Part shown: positions 1 to 7,057 of the stretch, piece after piece
Position numbering within the stretch: the stretch's first letter is position 1
How the letters are laid out: each line of letters opens with the position of its first letter
Virus genome (UHGV): UHGV-0201843
Strand: one strand, 5' to 3'
Source: a virus
DNA: 18,268 nt
Position numbers and translations under genes: made by a program
Notes under the pieces: generated by a model
What the model was told of the DNA's origin: nothing
Databases searched by the model: none
The model's input: only the letters and a program-made list of their open reading frames with translations

Positions 1-191
1 CTATGGTTGTAAATTCTATGATCGTTTTTGGTGAAGAATAATTTTTCTTATACTTCACCCCACCCCCTCCCAAAAACGAGACTATAATTTGAGCGCATTG
101 CGAGACAAATTTCGATTGAAAGGTCGATGTACTTTCAAAAAATATTCAATCCATTCTTCACCAAAAACGATCATAGAATTTACAACCATAG
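1..191. repeat. Left terminal fold-back element: perfect 39-bp inverted repeat (1-39 vs 153-191) around a 113-bp spacer that carries the ITR core
   Basis: Direct reading: reverse complement of 1-39 (ctatggttgtaaattctatgatcgtttttggtgaagaat) equals 153-191 exactly. Pairing breaks at 40/152. The outer arm starts at window position 1. Confidence 0.85.
41..105. repeat. Inverted terminal repeat core, left copy (65 bp, perfect match to reverse complement of 18164-18228). Contains C-rich box ccccaccccctccc
   Basis: atttttcttatacttcaccccaccccctcccaaaaacgagactataatttgagcgcattgcgaga is present at 41-105. Its exact reverse complement lies near the right end. Similarity continues imperfectly to about 125. 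Confidence 0.9.
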
Positions 192-228
192 CGACGAAAA
201 TTTTTTTCAAAAAATATCATCAAAACTA

Positions 229-257
229 TTGCAAAAAATTCACACCTATTATATAAT
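229..257 (+). promoter_or_regulatory. Sigma-A-type early promoter (TTGCAA - 17 bp - TATAAT) upstream of first early gene
   Basis: TTGCAA at 229-234, 17-nt spacer, TATAAT at 252-257. About 30 nt upstream of the GGAGG RBS of the 289 CDS. Confidence 0.5.
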
Positions 258-288
258 GGAATCAAGTTAGAAATGGAGGTGAAAAAAA

Positions 289-561
289 GTGACAGATGAA
301 AAAGGTCAAGCCTATACGGAAATGTTGCAACTATTTAATTTACTTCAACAATGGAATGATTTCTACACTGCAGAAAATGCAAATAATTTATTAGTTGCTT
401 GTCAACAATTATTGATTAATTACAATGAACCAGTCATTAAATTTATCAACGATGAAAATGAAGATAAGTCCCTACTTCAATATTTAGCTGGTGATGATGG
501 TTTAGCACAATGGCAATTTTACAAAGGTTTTTATAACAACTACAATGTACACATTTTCTAA
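289..561 (+). CDS. Early protein, 90 aa, unknown function (GTG start)
   Basis: ORF with GGAGG RBS (275-279) 9 nt upstream of GTG at 289. First gene after the left-end promoter. No recognisable motifs. Confidence 0.6.
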   Translation: MTDEKGQAYTEMLQLFNLLQQWNDFYTAENANNLLVACQQLLINYNEPVIKFINDENEDKSLLQYLAGDDGLAQWQFYKGFYNNYNVHIF

Positions 562-614
562 TGAACTGAGTTAATACTATATTCTACTAAAATATAATAA
601 ACGGAGGTGTGTTG

Positions 615-830
615 ATGAATTATATTGATGTTGAAATTAAGGGTTTTACAATTTACTCAAAAAATGATAGACATGAAGAGTATGACTTTTTTATTCCTAA
701 ACAAGATTATAGAATTACTAAACGTGAAATATTACAACATATTCCAGAAGGTCATACGCTACTCGACAGTAAACGAACATCAAAAATGATTACAGTTTCA
801 TATGATGAATTATTAAAAATTGAAATATAA
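615..830 (+). CDS. Early protein, about 71 aa, unknown function
   Basis: GGAGGTG at 603-609 followed by ATG at 615. The track ORF 609-830 begins with GTG/TTG codons inside the RBS. ATG 615 is preferred. Confidence 0.55.
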   Translation: MNYIDVEIKGFTIYSKNDRHEEYDFFIPKQDYRITKREILQHIPEGHTLLDSKRTSKMITVSYDELLKIEI

Positions 831-844
831 AGGAGATTAAAACA

Positions 845-1354
845 ATGGCAAATGTAAAAGATTTATTAAACAAATATTCAAACGGTGGTGCAAAATTCGA
901 GTATGACAATGAAAAAGAAAGAGATTACATCAAACTAGGTGAATTGGATTCATCAAAAACATACCCTATTGAAGCACTATTTATTAATACCAAAGGTAAA
1001 TTTGGTGATCAAGGTGTTATTATTAGTGGTGATTATATTGTAAATCTACCTAATCACTTAACAGAAATGATTGAAGATATGAGAAAAGATGAAGAAATGG
1101 TTGATGCAATCAATCAACGTTTATTTGATTTTGAAATTTATGAATTTGAATCTAAAAAATATAATCGTAAATCACATAGTATTAATTTAGTACCTAGTGA
1201 AAAAACAAAACAAGAGGTTGAACCTGAACCTGAGCAACGTAATCCGTTATATCGTGAACCTGAATCTGAAAAAAAAGTAGAAAATGATCGACGTAACCCG
1301 TTCGCTCACGCTAATGGTGCAATTGATATTAGTGATGAAGATATACCATTTTAA
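845..1354 (+). CDS. SSB-like early protein (169 aa) with acidic/Pro-rich disordered tail ending in the SSB-type C-terminal tip DISDEDIPF
   Basis: AGGAG at 831-835, 9-nt spacer, ATG at 845. The C-terminal hexapeptide DEDIPF matches the bacterial SSB C-terminal protein-interaction motif (consensus DDDIPF). It is preceded by a low-complexity E/P-rich linker. The N-terminal approximately 115 aa is not recognisably a canonical OB fold by eye. Confidence 0.6.
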   Translation: MANVKDLLNKYSNGGAKFEYDNEKERDYIKLGELDSSKTYPIEALFINTKGKFGDQGVIISGDYIVNLPNHLTEMIEDMRKDEEMVDAINQRLFDFEIYEFESKKYNRKSHSINLVPSEKTKQEVEPEPEQRNPLYREPESEKKVENDRRNPFAHANGAIDISDEDIPF

Positions 1355-1367
1355 ATAAAAATTAAAT

Positions 1368-1392
1368 AAAGGGGGCAATGCCTCCTTTTTTA
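1368..1392 (+). terminator. Rho-independent terminator or attenuator after SSB-like gene
   Basis: aaagggggc / gcctccttt stem (9 bp with one G-U, 3-nt loop) followed by TTTTT at 1386-1390. Sits 14 nt after the stop of the 845-1354 CDS. Confidence 0.55.
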
Positions 1393-1408
1393 TTATGGAG
1401 TGATAAAT

Positions 1409-1654
1409 ATGTTTGGTACTATTGTGACAATTGGATTATGTTTATATGGTATAATTGCATTATTAGTGGTTTCAATTGTAAATTATAAAAGGAATGATTA
1501 TATGAACTTAATTCAAGCATATTATAAAATCGTTAATGCACTCAATGATTATGATTTAACAGATGAACAAAAAGAAAAACTTGAACAAGCACTATTTGAA
1601 ATCACTTGTGTATTAAACGATTTAGAAAGCGAGGGAAAATATTTTGATTATTAA
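1409..1654 (+). CDS. Small N-terminally membrane-anchored early protein (about 81 aa)
   Basis: GGAG at 1397-1400 then ATG at 1409 (MFGTIVTIGLCLYGIIALLVVSIV...). The track start 1400 is a GTG inside the RBS. One predicted TM helix then an acidic helical tail. Confidence 0.6.
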   Translation: MFGTIVTIGLCLYGIIALLVVSIVNYKRNDYMNLIQAYYKIVNALNDYDLTDEQKEKLEQALFEITCVLNDLESEGKYFDY

Positions 1655-2873
1655 ACATCAAATAAAACTACATTTAAACGAATTGATTGATTGGGTGTGG
1701 AGACATAATATCAAGAATGAAAAATATTACTCAAATAATGGTTCATATGTGATATTTGATCATGGTGCAGTCGTTGAAACGTATATTATTAATAAAAATG
1801 ATTTATTTAATGTGACTGATGAAACAGAAATCACACTTGATACACCAATTCAACATTTTTTAGAAAAGGATATGTATGGTAATTATCGTGAACATTTTGA
1901 TATATCAATTCATCAATTATTGTTTTTAAATACAACAACTGATTTATGGTTAATTAATAACGATGATTCACACATTTTAATATATAAAGACGGAAAACTC
2001 ATTGATGAATATATGTATCATGAATTTGAATATGAAGCCAATCAGAATAAGCATATTTACCAAAATAATAAAGCAAGTGGTACATACCCACATCAAAGCG
2101 AACAAAACGTAAAAAAACCGAACAATCACCCTACCCCAAAACCTGAAACACCTGAAGATCACACACCAAAAGTTAGAACAGTTAAGACATTAAACGGTAC
2201 AGTAATGAAAGATTATACACCCGTTTCATCAATACAATATGTTAAATCTGTTGGAATCATTGGTGACAGTGTGGGTAAAGGCGCGCATGCTTCATATAAC
2301 TTTGGTGATTATATTAATGAAAAAAGTGGTGCAAAAATAAAAAACTTATCAGTCAGTAGTGCCACAATGAGTGATGTGAAAGATAATAATATCATTAATC
2401 AAGCGAAACAATTAAAAGATAATGAACTCGTGATTATACAGGGTACTGATGATGATTGGTTGTTTAATTCTAATACAGGTGTTGAAGTAGGAAATAAACT
2501 TACAGATACGAAAACATATATCGGTGCATTTTATAAGGTTATCGAAACGGTTAAAGAAAATAACCCAAAAGCTAAAATCATAGTGATTACACCTACAAAA
2601 CAAGCAAAAGTTGACGATACTGGAAAAGTAATCAGACGTGATACAGATAAAAATAAAAAAGGTTACACGTTGAAAACCTATGTTGACGCACAAGTAAAAG
2701 CAACTAAAGATTTAGGATTAGCTTTATATAATGCGTATGATGATTCATTGATTAATCCATATGAAGCAAAATTCAGACAATCGTCAATGAAAGATGGATT
2801 ACACCCAACAAAATGGGGACATGAAGTAATGTACTACCGTATAGCAGAAACATATCATAAAAAATTTGATTGA
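1644..2873 (+). CDS. Fusion protein (409 aa): N-terminal domain of unknown function, Pro/Thr-rich linker, C-terminal SGNH/GDSL-family hydrolase (esterase) domain
   Basis: TTG start at 1644, preceded by GAGGG (1631-1635) with an 8-nt spacer, overlapping the upstream stop. SGNH blocks: GDS in VGIIGDSVGKG (block I); GTDDD (block III variant of GxND); DGLHPT (block V DxxH catalytic dyad). Linker PNNHPTPKPETPEDHTPK. Confidence 0.7.
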   Translation: MIIKHQIKLHLNELIDWVWRHNIKNEKYYSNNGSYVIFDHGAVVETYIINKNDLFNVTDETEITLDTPIQHFLEKDMYGNYREHFDISIHQLLFLNTTTDLWLINNDDSHILIYKDGKLIDEYMYHEFEYEANQNKHIYQNNKASGTYPHQSEQNVKKPNNHPTPKPETPEDHTPKVRTVKTLNGTVMKDYTPVSSIQYVKSVGIIGDSVGKGAHASYNFGDYINEKSGAKIKNLSVSSATMSDVKDNNIINQAKQLKDNELVIIQGTDDDWLFNSNTGVEVGNKLTDTKTYIGAFYKVIETVKENNPKAKIIVITPTKQAKVDDTGKVIRRDTDKNKKGYTLKTYVDAQVKATKDLGLALYNAYDDSLINPYEAKFRQSSMKDGLHPTKWGHEVMYYRIAETYHKKFD

Positions 2874-2883
2874 GGTGTAGTAA

Positions 2884-3387
2884 ATGAGAAGTGGTAATAA
2901 AGGTAATCGCATTGCACGTTCAAATGCGTTTAGAAATGCAACAAGCAAAAATCAATCAACGTATGAACGTGACGGTTTTGTTTTTTTATTTGATGATGAA
3001 GAATTACAAAAAGAATATATACATGAATATAACAAATTTAATAATTTATTTGTGGAAAAAGGAAAGGTTAAATTACCTAAACCGAAAAAGATAAGTTATA
3101 TTGATGCTAAAAGTTTAGTCAGTGGAAAGAATCAAGAAAAGTTAACAGAAATAGAAAATGTTTATAAACAATTGGACTATGACTGGGAAGAAAAAGGGAA
3201 TATGCACAAACGCCACCTATTCCAAGAAGCAGTCAAAGAAAATGACGGCTCACAAGAAATATCACACTTTATTAAATCAACTGAAAAGTTATTTGAGGAA
3301 CTCGCAGAAGCAACGAACGTACCAGATATTGTCAATAAAAAACAAGTGAAATATAACGTGGTTTATTACGTCAGACGGGTAGGTTAA
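2884..3387 (+). CDS. Basic 167-aa protein of unknown function (candidate DNA-binding or terminal-protein-like)
   Basis: GAGGTG at 2872-2877, ATG at 2884. Lys/Arg-rich N-terminus (MRSGNKGNRIARSNAFRNATSKN). Sits immediately upstream of the packaging ATPase and polymerase genes. Confidence 0.6.
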   Translation: MRSGNKGNRIARSNAFRNATSKNQSTYERDGFVFLFDDEELQKEYIHEYNKFNNLFVEKGKVKLPKPKKISYIDAKSLVSGKNQEKLTEIENVYKQLDYDWEEKGNMHKRHLFQEAVKENDGSQEISHFIKSTEKLFEELAEATNVPDIVNKKQVKYNVVYYVRRVG

Positions 3388-3445
3388 AATATGTTTGAAA
3401 ACATTCAAGATATTATTGATTATTATTCAAGTAAGGAGGGACAAC

Positions 3446-4705
3446 ATGAAAAAGTCACGACTGAATGAGGTCAAAGATTATCAAAATTTTGTAACTAAGT
3501 TTAGACGATCTATTCCAAAGCAATATAACCAAATTGAACTTGTTGATGATTTAATGAATTTAGATATAGATTTTCTTATTTCTATATCAAACCGTTCAGA
3601 TGGTAAAACATTCAACTATGTTGCTTTTTTTATGAAGTTAGCCATTGATTTAGACATCAAATTCACACTACTAGCAAGACACCATACGTTACGTGACGCA
3701 TACAGAGAATTGTTAGAACGTATTTGTATCGAACAAAAACATTTTAACGATAATGATCTATTCTTTAGAAACACACAAGACTATATAGCTGTTGGATATG
3801 GTGATAAAGAAATAGGGATTATTACACATCTCAATAACGCAACAGATTTAAAATATCATTCCAACTTCATGAAAAACTTTCCTATTATCATCTATGATGA
3901 ATTTTTAGCATTGGAAAGTGACTATTTGATAGATGAGTGGGAAAAGTTAAAAACGATTTATGAATCTATTGATAGAAATCATGGCAATATTGATTATATT
4001 AAAATTCCTAAAATCGTATTATTAGGTAATGCTGTGAACTTTTCAAGTCCACTACTTGCAAACTTAAATATTTATGAACAATTACAACATCATTCTAAGT
4101 TTGCGATGAATAGTAAACGTCAATACGGAAATATCATGTTAGAAATGAGGCGTAATGAATTTTCTAATGAGAATCGTAATACACGTGCATTTAATACGGA
4201 TCATGATTCAATGACAACGGGTGAATTTGATTTCAATACATTTAATTTAGCTGATGATCATTTACGTGCACATATATCGAGTAATGGAAACTTTTTCTAT
4301 ATTAAAACCCCTTACAATTATATTAAAGTAATGTATCACTTGAATGACTATCAAACGAATATTAAAGTCGTGCCTTATGCAGACAATTATCAGTTTTGTA
4401 CTGATGTTTCAGATGTTGAAAAAAACGCAATATATTTAAAAGATACATTTTATAAGGAAAATCATTCTAAACGTTATTATAACCCCTCAAATCTTCATTT
4501 TGACAATGCTTATAGTAAGTCTTTTATATTGAATCAAGATGATTTTATTTATCTAAACATGAACAAAATTATTAAGTATCATTTAAAAACTGAACGTAAT
4601 AAAAACGGTTACAAACCTTTTGAACAAAAAGAAAAAATGTATTATGATAATTACATTGAACGTACCAAAAAAAATCTAGTCAAATCATTTATAAGCAATG
4701 TGTAA
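3446..4705 (+). CDS. DNA encapsidation (packaging) ATPase, phi29 gp16-like
   Basis: Strong RBS GGAGGG (3435-3440) before ATG at 3446. The upstream ATG at 3395 lacks a good RBS. Walker A-like SNRSDGKT and Walker B-like hydrophobic run + DE (IIIYDEF). Position upstream of the polymerase as in 44AHJD-like phages. Confidence 0.7.
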   Translation: MKKSRLNEVKDYQNFVTKFRRSIPKQYNQIELVDDLMNLDIDFLISISNRSDGKTFNYVAFFMKLAIDLDIKFTLLARHHTLRDAYRELLERICIEQKHFNDNDLFFRNTQDYIAVGYGDKEIGIITHLNNATDLKYHSNFMKNFPIIIYDEFLALESDYLIDEWEKLKTIYESIDRNHGNIDYIKIPKIVLLGNAVNFSSPLLANLNIYEQLQHHSKFAMNSKRQYGNIMLEMRRNEFSNENRNTRAFNTDHDSMTTGEFDFNTFNLADDHLRAHISSNGNFFYIKTPYNYIKVMYHLNDYQTNIKVVPYADNYQFCTDVSDVEKNAIYLKDTFYKENHSKRYYNPSNLHFDNAYSKSFILNQDDFIYLNMNKIIKYHLKTERNKNGYKPFEQKEKMYYDNYIERTKKNLVKSFISNV

Positions 4706-4709
4706 AGTT

Positions 4710-4738
4710 TTTACATATTGCTTTTTATGTGTTATAAT
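4710..4738 (+). promoter_or_regulatory. Strong sigma-A promoter with extended -10 (TTTACA - 17 bp - TGTTATAAT) for the DNA polymerase gene
   Basis: TTTACA at 4710-4715, 17-nt spacer ending TGT, TATAAT at 4733-4738. The polymerase RBS GAGGTG and ATG at 4763 follow. Confidence 0.55.
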
Positions 4739-4762
4739 GAATTTTGATTAGAGGTGTAGAAC

Positions 4763-7057
4763 ATGGGATTATTAGAAGCAATGCAAAAAAATAAAGGTCA
4801 AAAACATATGTACCTTTATTGGGATATAGAAACATTAAATTATAATAAAATTGCTGGTAGAGAAAAACCTACAAAATATAAAAACGTGACATACAGTGTT
4901 GCAATTGGTTGGTATGATGGACAACATATTGATGTTGAAGTTTTTTCTAGTTTTAAAGCCTTTTATCAATCTTTTTTCGAATATGCACAAAGACGAGATA
5001 CAATAACAAAATCACAAACTACAATCAATATGATCGCACATAATTGTAATAAATATGATAATCACTTTCTACTACACGATACACAAAATTTCTTTGGTGA
5101 TGATTTAATTATTGAAAATTTATATATGAAAAGTGCTGATGATAATTCAAATACAGTTAATATCAATGAAGCAAAATTATTATCTAAAGAAACCAATGTG
5201 ATTTTAGAAAAACGTGTGAAATCAAGTATTAATTTAGATTTAATGATGTATTTAAAAGGTTTTAAGTTTAATATTATAGACAATTTTATGAAAACCAATA
5301 CATCAATCGCAACACTCGGTAAAAAGCTCAAAGACGGTGGGTTTATCAGTGAAGATGAGTTAAAAACTGATTTTGAATATGATGTGTTTGATGTTGAACA
5401 TGATATGACAGATAAACAAGCTTATGATTATGCTTATGAATGTTTTCATCAACTTACAGCATCACAAATGACCTATATTAGAAACGATGTCATCATATTA
5501 GGTATGTGTCATATCCATTATAGTGATATATTTCCCGGATTTGATTATAGTGCGATGACCTTTAGTGTAAATATTATGAAAAGCTATATTAATAATGAAA
5601 CAACACGATTGCAATTACTCAATAAAAAAGGTAAACAAAAAATATCATATACGGACTTTACATTTTTTGATATGAATTTTTATGACTTTATCAAAGGTTT
5701 CTATCGTGGTGGTTTAAATATGTATAATTCACGATACGTTGACAAAATCATTGATGAGGAATGTTTTTCAATAGACATAAATAGTAGTTATCCCTATGTG
5801 ATGTATCATGAAAAATTACCGATGTATATTTATGATTTTGATGAATATGAACAACCGACAACGATACACATTGATTTAACCAATAAAGATTATTTTTCAC
5901 TTTATAAAATGGATAAGGTCACATTTAATCGTACTATTTTAAGAAATATTGAAAGTGATTTAATTAAGCAATGTCTTGTTAAATACTACAATAATGACAA
6001 AAAGTTTGTTAATATAAATACAAACACTTTACGCATGATTGAAGATTTAACGGGTTTAACTTTTGACAAAATAAAAGTGTTTGCTTTTGTGTGTTATGAA
6101 TGTGAATACTTTGGCGCTCGTGATATTATTCATCATAATTATTTCATCAAAACGCAAGGTAAATTAGATAAAAAAATCATTATGGATTCACCCTATAATT
6201 ACACGATCACTGATGAAGTCAATACACATACTTATTCAAAAGAAGAAATCATGTTAAGTAAAGTTGTTTTAAATGGTCTGTATGGTATACCTGCTTTACG
6301 GTCACATTTTAATTTGTTTAGACGTGATGAGGACGGTTTTTTAGTTAACCATGAAAATGGATATAAAAACAGTGAACGTAATTTATTATTTTCTACTTTT
6401 GTGACATCACAAGCCCTTTATAATTTACTTGAACCATTAAAGTCATTAACACAATCTGAAATAGATGACTGCTTTATATATTGTGATACTGACAGTTTAT
6501 ATTTAAAATCAAAAATTAAACATAAAATAAATGATGAATTATTTGACCCTATTGCATTAGGTAAGTGGGATATAGAAAATCATGTCATTAAAAAAATGTA
6601 TGTACTCAATCATAAAAAGTACGCCTACCAAAAAGAAGATAACACAATTAAAATTGCCAGTGCAGGTATTCCATTAGACGCATTTAATAAGAATCAATCT
6701 TTTGAAAATTTTATTAAAAATGATTTTCACCATAAAGCAATTGTGTATAACAATAAATCCATTTATAACGAACAAAAAACAATATCTATTTACCCGTCAA
6801 AAACATATATTGAAAAGGGTACGCCTTATGATTATTATTTCACTAAAGAATTAGAGGATAGAAAAGAAGATGTTTTAAAACAAGCAAGACAAGAATATGA
6901 TGATGTGAATGATGATGATATATTATATATAGAGAGTGAAGTAGGCGCTTTTTCATTTAGTGACTTATTTCCATATCAATTTGAAATTAAAAATAAATGT
7001 GATCTTAACATATTATATATGGTTCATCAAGATATAAAAAATGACGCTACATCATAG
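4763..7057 (+). CDS. Protein-primed family-B DNA polymerase (phi29-type), 764 aa
   Basis: Exo I (LYWDIETL), Exo II (HNCNKYDNHFL), Exo III (YIRND), motif A (DINSSYP), motif B (KVVLNGLYG), motif C (YCDTDS), KxY (KKY). GAGGTG RBS. Confidence 0.95.
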   Translation: MGLLEAMQKNKGQKHMYLYWDIETLNYNKIAGREKPTKYKNVTYSVAIGWYDGQHIDVEVFSSFKAFYQSFFEYAQRRDTITKSQTTINMIAHNCNKYDNHFLLHDTQNFFGDDLIIENLYMKSADDNSNTVNINEAKLLSKETNVILEKRVKSSINLDLMMYLKGFKFNIIDNFMKTNTSIATLGKKLKDGGFISEDELKTDFEYDVFDVEHDMTDKQAYDYAYECFHQLTASQMTYIRNDVIILGMCHIHYSDIFPGFDYSAMTFSVNIMKSYINNETTRLQLLNKKGKQKISYTDFTFFDMNFYDFIKGFYRGGLNMYNSRYVDKIIDEECFSIDINSSYPYVMYHEKLPMYIYDFDEYEQPTTIHIDLTNKDYFSLYKMDKVTFNRTILRNIESDLIKQCLVKYYNNDKKFVNINTNTLRMIEDLTGLTFDKIKVFAFVCYECEYFGARDIIHHNYFIKTQGKLDKKIIMDSPYNYTITDEVNTHTYSKEEIMLSKVVLNGLYGIPALRSHFNLFRRDEDGFLVNHENGYKNSERNLLFSTFVTSQALYNLLEPLKSLTQSEIDDCFIYCDTDSLYLKSKIKHKINDELFDPIALGKWDIENHVIKKMYVLNHKKYAYQKEDNTIKIASAGIPLDAFNKNQSFENFIKNDFHHKAIVYNNKSIYNEQKTISIYPSKTYIEKGTPYDYYFTKELEDRKEDVLKQARQEYDDVNDDDILYIESEVGAFSFSDLFPYQFEIKNKCDLNILYMVHQDIKNDATS

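Noticed and set aside
1-39. Simple fold-back (palindromic) sequencing artefact as the sole explanation of the terminal repeats
   Set aside because: A classic fold-back chimera would produce a palindrome with no spacer, centred on the true end. Here the arms are separated by 113-nt and 74-nt non-palindromic spacers carrying the genuine ITR core. A trivial artefact is therefore not sufficient, although an MDA or assembly inverted chimera cannot be excluded without reads.
1-288. Searched the left terminal region (and 18002-18268) for a phi29-style prohead RNA (pRNA) gene, a divergent leftward promoter and small ORFs
   Set aside because: Only the palindromic -10 (ATTATATAAT at 250-259) and the terminal fold-back repeats were found. 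There is no convincing leftward promoter or pRNA-like multi-helix fold that I can verify by eye. Staphylococcus Picovirinae are not known to need pRNA. Left open rather than called.
1977-2693. Antisense ORFs 1977-2162 (-) and 2412-2693 (-) inside the SGNH fusion gene
   Set aside because: Low-complexity Phe/Ile/Cys-rich translations typical of the reverse strand of AT-rich coding DNA. No RBS. Fully embedded in a well-supported gene.
2891-3349. Alternative-frame ORFs 2891-3094 (+) and 3158-3349 (+) within the 167-aa gene
   Set aside because: Overlap the better-supported frame that has a GAGGTG RBS at the correct spacing. No own RBS. Lys/Asn-rich junk-like composition.
3395-3445. Upstream ATG at 3395 as start of the packaging ATPase
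   Set aside because: No Shine-Dalgarno. The ATG at 3446 has a strong GGAGGG RBS, so the 17-codon N-terminal extension is unlikely.
5062-5331. Antisense ORF inside the DNA polymerase gene
   Set aside because: Embedded opposite a gene with all PolB motifs. No RBS. Hydrophobic low-complexity product.
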